DNA from: Prasinococcaceae sp. CCMP 1430
Taxonomy: Eukaryota; Plantae; Prasinodermophyta
Reading direction: 5' to 3'
Assembly: GCA_013416795.1 (NCBI GenBank)
Contig: RQSC01000014.1
Span: 225,597 to 289,596 of the forward strand
Length of the DNA: 64,000 nt
How positions within the stretch are numbered: position 1 is the first letter of the stretch; the number at the start of each line of letters is the position of its first letter. The position numbers were made by a program, and so were the translations under genes. Of the stretch, positions 54,468 through 64,000 are shown piece by piece. The notes under the pieces are model-generated. The model had not been told where the DNA came from. It worked only from the letters and a program-made list of their open reading frames with translations, and ran no database searches.

Positions 54468-57400
54468 ATGGAGCGGCAGGGATATGAGCTCGCGGCGGCA
54501 GCTCATGAGGCGTGCGCGGGGGGTGGGGGCGCCGATGCTGCGCAGCGCCGCGCGGTCGCGCTCATCCGTGCCGCTCCGGCGTGCGTTTCGCGCGAGCACG
54601 CCGCGTCGCTGGGGCGCGCGGTGCGCGCACTGTGCGCTGAGGGCGGCGAGGACGGCGAGGCCTTCCGCGCAGCGCTCCTAAAGATAGGGGCCAAGGCAGC
54701 AGCAGCGCTGCCTGCGACGTCGCCGCCGGCTGCGCGGGTCGCGCTCGTGCGCTGGGTGGCGTACGCTGCTGCCGGTGATGGCGCAGACGTTTCGGCCGCC
54801 ATAGCCACGCACACGGCCATGCTTGGCCAGATGTGGCGCACGGAGGGCGACTGCAAGTACGTGCTGCGTGTCGCCCTCGCGCCGATTTGCGCGTAGAATA
54901 GCGATCGTGCGCGATAGCGTGTGCGGGCGTGCTCATTGTCCGCGCAATAGCCGGCTGACAGCGTGCATGCGCTCGCGCTCGTGCTCCACGTCGCTTGTGC
55001 GCCATTTCGCGCGAGCAGGGCGTGGCGCGCGGCGTGCGGTGCGCTGTCTTCGTTGCTGCGCGGCCGCCCGGCGCTCGTGGATGCGTACGTCGCAGCTGCG
55101 ACTACGGGTGTCGCAAAGGGCGACCCGTCGCTCGTGGCGGCGCTCGCCGAGGCTTGGCGGCAGTGCGGCGGCACTGCGCCAGCACCCGCAGAGGCGATGG
55201 AGGCACTGCTCGCTTGCTGGTCGAAGCACGTGGCGGGAGCGGCGGCGCCCGTGGCTGAGGCAATCGATGCCTTTGCGCCACTCCTGTCGCTGGCGCCTGC
55301 CGAAGTGATGGACGCCACCGTAGCGCCCGCGCTGTGCAAGGCCATCAAAAAGAGCCCCCTGCTGGGAACCAGTGCCGCCGCGGGCGCGGTCGGCTTTGGC
55401 GGTGTGCGGGCGCGCGGCAACGTGGGCGGCTGTGTCGTCTCACTTGCGCAGGCGCTGGTGCCGGCCTGTCGTCATGCCAACGCGGAAGCGCGCGCAAGTG
55501 CGCTGCGCGCCTTGCGAGCTCTCGCCGCCGCAGCGTGTGCGTCGGGTGCAGAGGCTTCTGCGGCGTTCGCCGCCGAGGTCGTGGCCGGGCTTGAAGTCAA
55601 GCCCAAGCCCACTGACGTCAAGCAGCGTGCAGCGACATACACGTGCGCCGGTGTGGGTGCCGCGTGCTACGGGGGCGCCGCAGGCTCGCCGCCCCAAGCT
55701 GTGCTCGAAGGCGCGCTCGACGCGCTCGCAGCTCAGTGCGCAGCCGAGAAAAATGAGGACGCGCGCGTCGCTCTGGTCGAGGCCATCGAAGCGTGGCTCG
55801 GCGCTTGCGGCGAGGGTGGCGCTGGCGCGCTTTCACAGGCCCTTGTGGGCGCATTGGTGGCAGGGGCGGAAAGCAAGGGCGATTCCGGTCGACGCGCGTT
55901 TCTGCGCTGCGCGCACCGAGCGGCAGTCGCATGCGCGCCTGCTGCCGCGGGTGAGCTCGCGCCGCTCGTGCCATCGCTGGTGAAGACGGCACAGTCGGCC
56001 GCATCCAAGCCGGCATTCCGCGGCGACGGCGCGCACGCGCTCGCCGCGTTGCTCCGCGTGGGCCTGCTGACCCCCGGCGCCCTCGCTGGCAAGAACGTGT
56101 TCGCGGAGACGGTGCTTGCTAAGGATGGTGTGCTGTTGGCAGCGGCCACTGCCGCCAAGTTCGCCGACGCGGAGGCGCTGGCGCTGTTGGACGCCTGTCG
56201 CTGTACATCGCTCGCTGCGTCCAATGTCGAGCTCAAGGTCCCCGCAGCTGCGACTGCCGCTGCCCACAGGCTTCTCGCGCTATTGGCTGTGCACCCGCGC
56301 GCACGCGTGCAAGCGAGCGCGCTGGCGGCGCTCGCTGAGGCTGCTTCTGGGCGCGCCGACGTCACGGAAGCCCTTCTGATCGACCTGAAGCACTGGATGG
56401 ACGTCTATGGCGCGCGTGCACACGAAGGTGCCGCTACCGCCACCGAGGCGGTACTGTTTGCGCTCGACGATGACAGTGACGACGAGGCCGCGCCCTCGCC
56501 TCTGGCATTCGAGCGGGCGCTGTGGGCAGCTGCATGCCCGGCGAAGGGCGCAAGAACGGGCACAAGCTCCACGGCCGGCGCGGTGCCAGTTGTCGCTTCC
56601 GGCGTGGGAGCGTTCGTCGCGTTCTTGCTTGCTGCAGGCCACCCGACCGTGGCGAAGGCCAAGGTGAGCAAGCGTGTGTGGAAGCACGTCGTGCGCGCGT
56701 ATGGCCACGCATCAGACGATGCCGTCGCCCTGGTGGATGCGTCGCTCCAGGTGCTCGCAGCGGACGGCGGCCCTCTGTTTGCGGCCGATTCAACGACACG
56801 CGCAGCGGCGGGCGGGGCGCTTGGGGGGCTGGTGGCTATCGCAGGGGAAAAAGGCGGCGTGGCCGTGTCTGCACGCCTTGCCAAGGTGACGGCGTCGGCC
56901 GCCGACGCGCATGCCGCGCTAACCGAGGGTGAGATTGTCTCGTACAATACACCGCCCACCGTGCTACCTGAAGAGATGATGAGTGCCTCAGCCGTGGCAG
57001 CCATGGCCGCTGCCGACACTGGACTAGTAGCCGTGTCCAAGGGGGAAGAAAAGAAGGAAAAGAAGCCTAGCATCCTGGTACGCATGTCGCCGTGCTTTTG
57101 CGCGCATCCGCCTGCGCCCGGCCCGCCCCGCGCGTGCGAGCCTGCGCGTGCAGGGTAGGTGATCGCGTCATTGCTGACTGGGCCTCGCACTCATTCCACG
57201 TAGGCCAAGATGGACAAGGCCAAGTCTAAGAAAGACAAGAAGGACAAGCCGACCAAGTCGAGTGGACTTATGAGCAAGGACAGGAGCGCGGCGTCGGCTG
57301 CGGCAGCCTCCGCGGGCAAAAAGACCGACAAGGAGCTCCACCGCGAGGCGCGGCTCAAGGAGCAAGCCGAAAACACCAGGAAGGTTGAGGAGGTCACATT

Positions 57401-60400
57401 CGCGTTGCGATGCGCGCTGAGCGGCGCGGCACGAGTGTGCGTGCTCGCCCCGGCTGTCGTGCGCCATGGCGACACGCTAGCAAGCCTCGCAGACGCCATT
57501 GGGCCCTTCGTGGGCTCACGCGTGGTCGGTGCCGAAGGCGTGACTGCCGCAGCGGCATTGCTGGCCGCACTCCCTGGCATGCGCGCCGCCGCACACGACA
57601 TGGCCGTGGCGCTACGTCTGGCGTGCGGCGACAAGACCACCGCTACTACCCTCGCCGATGAGCCGTGCGCGCTGGCCGGCCTGCTCGCGCTCGTGCGGGC
57701 GTGTGGCCTCGCAGAGGACCCCACGTCATTCTATCCGCCACCCTCGATTGCCCAGCCAATGGCAGCTGCCGCGTTCGCCTTCATTTTCCCGGCGCTCGAC
57801 AGCGTGCTTCGCGCACCGCTGGCGAGCGCGCTCACACGCCCCTCGTTGGCAATGGTCGGGCTGCACTCGGCACCGGGCTCGCCCGTGCCACGCGCGGCGA
57901 TGCTGACCGCGTGCCTGTGCGCCCTTCACGCCTCGCCGGGACTGGCGACATCGATGCTGCCCGTGCTCTGTCGCCTGTGTGAGGGCCTCGACGAGGCGGA
58001 CCTTCTGCTTGCTCTTGAAGGTGCGCTCGACTCCGAGGTTGCGGTGCGTGCCACCGCACTGCAGGCGCTTGCGCGTGTGCCTGTTCTCGAGTCGGGTACC
58101 GCCAACTCCGACGCGCGCGTTGCGGCGCGCCTCTTTTTGGCATGCCACGACGAGGAGGATGCGAACGTGGAATACGCCGAAGTCGCCTGGAAGGCGTACG
58201 GTCACGCGCTCGATGCCGACGGCGCAAGGGAGCTGCTGGCGCTCCTGCGCCATCCCTCGGCTGCGGCGCGTTCCGCTGCTGCTGAGGCGCTCGCGACGGC
58301 GCTCGAGGACGGGGGCGTGGGCCTGCCCGTCAAGGACGCGCTGTCGACCGTCTTTGCCGATTACACACAACACGGTGGCGGGTTGGTGTCCGCGCGCCTG
58401 GGCACCGCCGAGGCGCTCACGAGCCTCGCGACGCTCATGGGCCCCGCCGAGCTTCCTGTGGTCGCGGCCTTCCTCCTGGGCCGTGGACTGAGCGACGCCG
58501 ACGAGGGGGTGCGCGCGCGTATGATCGATGCAGGTGTGGCGGTGATCGACGCGGGCGGGTCGGAGGGCGCCAACGCGTTGCTGCCCATATTCGACCGCTT
58601 CACGCAAGCAGGCCAGGCAGAGGGCATGAGCGTCGAAATGTACGACGTGGTGCGCGAGGGCGTGACGGTCTTGCTCGGCGCGCTGGCCAAGCACCTGCCA
58701 AAGGGTGACCCGCGCGTTGTCGAGATAGCGCACCTACTGCTCGACGTACTCACCACACCCTCGGAGTCCGTCCAGCGCTCGGTGGCCGCCTGCCTGCCAC
58801 CGCTCATGCCGGCGCTCACCGACAAGTCAAACGAGATTACCGCTGACCTGCTGAAGATGCTGCTGAAGAGCTCGAAATTCGCCGACCGCAAGGGGGCGGC
58901 CTTTGGCATCGCGGGTGCCGTCAAGGGCCTGGGAATCAGCGCGCTGAAGGCGCATGGCATCATGGACGCCATCAAGGCCGCAGCTGCCGACACCGACAAG
59001 AGCGCGAGCATCGGGCGCGAGGGCTCCATGTTTGCGATCCAGGCACTCTCGGAGAGCTTGGGCAGGCTGTTTGAGCCGTACGTCATGCACGTGATGCCGC
59101 TCATCCTGACGTGCCTGGGCGATGGCATGAAGTCGGTGCGCGAGGCCTCGCGCGGTGCCGCACAGGCCATCATGGCCAAGCTCAGCGCACAGGGCGTCAA
59201 GCTGGTCATGCCCTCGCTCCTGAAGGGCCTTGATGATGACGCGTGGCGCACCAAGCAAGGCTCTTGCCAGCTGCTGGGCTCGATGGCGCACCTCGCGCCC
59301 AAGCAACTTGGCGCGGCGCTTCCGAAGATCGTGCCCAAGCTCGCGGAGGCGCTGCAGGACACGCATGAGAAAGTGTCCAAGGCAGCCAAGGTTGCCCTCA
59401 AGGAAATTGGAGGCGTCATTCGCAACCCTGAGGTGGCCGCGCTGGTGTCCACGCTCATTTCGGCCATTGCGAATCCCGCTGAAAAGACTGCCAAATGCCT
59501 CGACTCGCTGTTGCGGACGGTCTTCGTCAACAGCGTAGACCCGGCATCGCTGGCGCTCATCGTTCCCGTGCTCTGCCGTGGCATGCGCGAGCGCAGGCCC
59601 GAGGACAAGCGAAAGGCCTGTCGCGTGGTGGGCAACATCACCGCGCTGGTCACCGACAGCAAGGACCTGCTGCCATACCTGGATAGCATCTCGCCCGAGC
59701 TGCGGAAGGCAGTGCTCGACCCCATTCCCGACGTGCGCGCCACCGCCGCCAAGGCGCTGGGCTCGCTGCTCGAGGGCGTGGGCCAGGACGCCTTCCCCGA
59801 CCTCTTCGAGTGGCTGCTCTCCGCGCTGTCCAGCGAGGTGTCATCCGTGGAGCGCACGGGAGCTGCGCAGGGCCTCGCTGAGGTGTGCTGCGCTCTCGGG
59901 CTTGACGCGCTGGACGGCCTGCTGCCCGAGATTGAGTCGCGTTGCGCCGACAAGAACGCCAACGTGCGTGAGGGTGCCATGGGCATGTGGATGTACCTCC
60001 CGGTGGCGCTGGGAGACCTCTTCGAGCCGTACATCGAGCGCTGCCTGCCGTTCTTGCTCGATGGTCTGGCGGACGAGGCGGAGGCCGTGCGTGAGATAGC
60101 GCTGTGCGGCGGGCGAAACATCGTCAACCTGTACGCGCACTCGAGCATGCCGCTGCTCCTGCCAACCATGACGGACGGCCTGTTCAGCGACAGCTGGCGC
60201 ATCCGCCAGGCGAGCGTTGAGCTGCTGGGCATGCTGCTGTTCCGCGTGTCGGGCATGAGCGGCAAGATCCAAACCAGTGCCGACTCTGACGACGAGGACA
60301 TCTCAGGCGCGTCCCAGGCGCAGGCGATTGCCGAGGCGCTCGGCCCCGAGGCGCGGCAGCGCGTGCTGGCCGCCATTTACATCGCACGCTCCGACGTGGC

Positions 60401-62888
60401 CATCACCGTGCGCCAGCAATCGCTGCACGTGTGGAAGACCATCGTCAGCAACACGCCGAGGACTCTCAAGGAGATCCTTCCCGAGATGATGCGAACGCTC
60501 ATCGCCAGCCTCGCGAGCGATTCGGAGGAGCGCAAGCGCATCGCTGGCCGCGCGTTGGGTGACCTCGTCAAGAAGCTCGGCGACAGCGTCCTCGCGCAGA
60601 TCCTGCCCATCCTGCAGCAGGGCCTCGAAGAGGCCGAGGACGACGACACCAAGCAAGGCGTGTGCTTTGGACTGGCGGAGGTCATGCAGGCCGCATCCCG
60701 CGACCAGCTCCAGGACCACCTGCAGAGGCTGCTGCCCGCTGTGCAGGCGGCCCTGTGCGACGAGGCGGTCGCCGTGCGCGAGGCTGCTGCGGACGCGCTC
60801 AACGAGCTGGTGGCGATGTTCGGCCCGAAGGTGGTGGCCGCGACCGTCGAGCCCATGCTGGGCGGGGCCGAGAGCGGCAGCGCGGACGCCGAGCGCTCGC
60901 TCGGCGGGCTTCGCGCGGTGGCGGAGTTGCGCCCCGCCCAGGTGGTGGAGTTCGCTCTGCCGCTCCTTCTGCAGGCCGGCGAAGATGGGGCGCTCACTGC
61001 AGGCAAGTGTGCGGCCATGGAGGCCATCGCTGAGGTGGCTGGCGATGCGGTCCTGGCGCAGAGCTCGACGATGCTCGCGCCGCTGCTCGAGGCGAGCGTT
61101 GGCGGGGGCGGCGCCGAGGATGGCGGCGGCGAGCTGGCGGAGGCCGCGTGGTCGGCCGCTGTGGCTGTGATGTCGCAGATGGCGGATGAGCAGGACGCCG
61201 AGCTTGCCGTCGGCAACCTGTTGGTGTGCGTCGACGATGCCGGTGCAGCTCCTGCCGCGCGCGCCAGGGCTTGCGACCTGGTGGCCCACGTTGCGAAGAC
61301 TTCTGCGAAGGTGGACCTGCGCAGCGTGACGGGCGACATGCTGTCGTCGCTGGTGAGCGTCGCGTCCGAGTCGGACGCTGTGCTGCTTGGCGCCGCGTGG
61401 GCTGCGATTGGCGCGGTGGTGGGCTCGGTGCCCAAGGAGACGCAGGGCGCCTTCATGCCACCCGTCCGCGCGGCGGTGTCCTCCATCAAGGAGAAGCGCC
61501 AGCGCGACGCCGAGGCGGAGGCGCGGCGCACCGGCAAGAGCGTTGCCGCCTCGCTTGACGCGCTGCAAGTGCCGGGCTTTGCGCAGGCCAAGGCCCTGCA
61601 GCCGGTGCTGCCCGTCTACCTGCAGGCGTTGCTGCTGGGTTCACCCGAGGGGCGCGAGAGGGCTGCAGACGGAATCCACGATCTGGTGTGCCTCGCGAGC
61701 GCGAGCGCACTGCGTCCGAGCGTCGTGGGCATCACCGGGCCTCTGATTCGTGTGGTTGGCGACAAGTTCAACTCGAACGTCAAGGCGGCCATCCTGCGCG
61801 CGCTGGGCGTCCTCGTGCAGCGCGGCGGCGTGGGCCTGAGGCCGTTCGTTCCGCAGCTGCAGACCACCTTCGTCAAGTGCCTCAACGACGGCTCGAGCAG
61901 CGTCCGCATGCGCGCTGCGGACGCGCTCGGTCGGCTGGCCGAGCTCTCGCCGCGCGTCGACGCGCTCGTGACCGATCTCGCGAGCGGCGTGGCGAGCGCG
62001 GAGGGGGGTGTGCTCGCGGCGACGCTCAAGGCGCTCTCTGGCGCGCTGCGCTTCGCGGGGCCCAAGCTCACCGAGGGTGCAATGGCAGGCGTGTGGCCGG
62101 CGCTCCAGGGGCCGCTGGCCAGCGACAACGAGGACGTGTGCGACGCGGCGGCCGCCACGGCAGGCGCGCTGCTCGCGCGGGCGCAGGTGGGCACGCTCGG
62201 ACCCATCTGGAGCGAGATCGCCGACGGCTGTGCCGCCGACGGTGCGGCGGCCAACGGCCCCGCGACCGCGCTGGCAGCAGCACTGCGCGAGACTGGCGGC
62301 GGTGCCAAGCGCGTGGCGACCGAGCGCGCGTTTGCCGACGCCGCCATGCGGGCCACGAAGGCGGCAGCGCGCTGCAGCGACTCGGTGGCGCGCTACGCGG
62401 CCGCGCGCGCGCTCGGCAGGCTGCTGCTCGCCGAGCGGCGGCACGGGCCCGCCGGTGCGTACGCGACGACGCTGGCGGCCTCCGAGCGTGTCTTCCAGGC
62501 GCTGCTCGCCGATACGAGCCTCGACGTGCGCAGAAGGGCGTGCACGAGCGCCAAGGTGGTGTCCAAGCTCTACCGCGGCGAGGCGGGCGTGCTGACGGAC
62601 GGCGTGGTGTGCGCCATCGCCGAGAAGCTCGGCGACCCCAGCCGATCGGTGCGGGTGGCGGCCGAGAAGGCGCTCATGTACGCGCTCGACGCGCGCGCGT
62701 CCGCCGCGGGCGTGGAGTCGGCGATTGCCGCGGCGAGCGCCGCGGGCTCGTCCAAGGCGGCCGGCCTCCTCAAAGAGCAGGCCAGGCGCCTCTGCAAGCT
62801 GCCGCAGCACTCGGAGGACGAGGAATCCGACGAGGAGGAGCTGGCGACCAACGCCAAGCAGCTGGCGCAGAGCATCGGCGCGGAGTAG
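54468..62888 (+). CDS. GCN1: GCN1/ILITYHIA (eIF2alpha kinase GCN2 activator, HEAT repeats), about 2729 aa; exons 54468-54856, 54962-57077, 57204-62888
   Basis: VLTTPSESVQRSV, RKGAAFGIAGAVKGLG, LGRLFEPYV, WRTKQGS.QLLGSMAH.AP.QL...LPKIVP, IRNPEV, DPIPDVRATAAKALG, WRIRQASVELLG, VWKTIVSNTPRTL, ITGPLIRVVGD and LRPFVPQLQTTFVKCL. The junctions are phase-compatible. Confidence 0.97.
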
Positions 62889-64000
62889 TGAGTGAGGCAC
62901 CCGGGCGCTCGCGACGGCCGAGACGCACGCATTTTGCCTAAACGATTCTGGTGTGTCACTCGATATCAAGCAGGCCCTCGCTCGCTCGTCGCGCGCCGCG
63001 AGCTGGCTCTCGCTAGCCTTGGGCCCTGCCTCAGCGCCACGCGCGAGGGCACGCGCGGGCGTCCCCACCGCGCGCTGTGCCGCCGGGCGCCGGGCCCGCG
63101 CGCTCTCGCGCGCACGCAGGCCCGAGTGCACGCACCGATGACCGCGTGCTCGCGCGCTCACGTGCGCGCGCACACAGTCAGCTTACAGCACCGTCGCCCT
63201 ACCAACCAATTGACCCGCACCCGAACCCTCCCTCGAACGCACAGTGTGAAGCACACGGGGTCGCACCCCACCCCCCAACTCGACGCGACGTGCCCGCCGT
63301 CCACTCCCTGCAGCCCCCCCTCTCCCCCGCCCCCCCCTCCCCATGCACACACGTGCACATTCCACCCCTACAAACCCTCCGGCGCGCCGTGGATTCGGGG
63401 TCTCGCGCGGCGGCCTCCCTCACCACGCAGCATCCGGCGGAATCCTCGCCCCGCGCGGCCTGGTGGCCCCCTGGGTTGGCCCCCAGGGCCATGGTTGAGG
63501 TGCGCCTGGGTTCCCACGTGGGCCTTTGGTGGCCCTGTTTGGGGCGCCAACGGGCAACGCGCGAGCGCGGGGGCGGGCGCGCGCTGGCGGAGAGGCTGAG
63601 CGTCAGGCGCTGCACGCGCGCGGCGCCAGCCTGTCGCGCGCGCGCGCGACGCGGCCCGACCCGATCCCGACGATCCCGATCCCGATCCGCGACGGAAAAA
63701 AAACACACACACACAACTCAAACGAGACGGTTACTCAGTATGCTACTAGACTAATGCACCGAATTGATGCCAACGGCCAGAATGTCACGCCGACATTCCA
63801 ACAGCCTCCGCCGCGCGCAATTCATCGGCGGGCCTTTTTTCGTGATAATCAGTCAGCATCCGGGCGATCGATCCGCTCACGGAGGGGATATTTCTGCGAC
63901 ATTGACGCGTGGGAAACAGGGTTGGCGGAATTTTCGTGTTCGGTGCGGGGTTGTTAGTGGTAGCGATGGGGTTGGCGCGATCGAGTCAGCGGGGTGACGT

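Noticed and set aside
1002-63173. Many long antisense or alternative-frame ORFs (e.g. 1878-3854+, 58361-60376-, 61641-63173-, 37024-38571+)
   Set aside because: They are Arg/Ala/Gly/Pro-rich shadows of real genes, expected at about 70% GC because stop codons are rare; no motifs.
1-64000. CRISPR arrays, tRNA, rRNA, snRNA and transposons
   Set aside because: I saw no repeat-spacer arrays, cloverleaf A/B boxes, U1/U2/U6 or rRNA signatures, transposase/RT motifs or terminal repeats. Small ncRNAs could be missed without Infernal.

Overview
A gene-dense, very GC- and CpG-rich eukaryotic nuclear region from a photosynthetic green alga. It carries nuclear PSAF, a PsbP-domain and a CLD1-like gene, and short spliceosomal introns with GTGCGT/GTGAGN donors, CTGAC branch points and YAG acceptors. 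A prasinophyte-grade alga such as Prasinoderma is my inference, not proven. I can support about 29 protein genes, many in head-to-head pairs sharing 0.1-0.6 kb promoters: PSAF (3' exon), CTF18, RNase H2C, CLD1, FRA10AC1, prolyl 4-hydroxylase, a short OSBP, a formiminotransferase-like protein, an F-box/Cys-rich protein, an SDR plus a peroxisomal nitronate-monooxygenase-like flavoenzyme, 3-beta-HSD, a UFD1-family protein, CFAP299, SYP7, p24, CSA/ERCC8, mL59, PPD2-like, RMND5, PP2C-cNMP-pseudokinase, a PsaN-like protein, COQ3, a decayed mpaB'-like oxygenase and GCN1. I recognised no tRNA, rRNA, CRISPR array or transposon; most long ORFs in the track are GC-driven shadows. The strongest candidate novel system is a convergent, intronless pair of multidomain membrane-anchored glyco-enzymes at 32.1-38.2 kb. 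One is 3x PAN-like repeats + a GH130/GT91-like propeller + GT4; the other is an OCH1-like GT32 + an FkbM-like domain. The GT32 gene's natural ATG is thrown out of frame by a G20 homopolymer. All family assignments come from motif recognition, without database searches.
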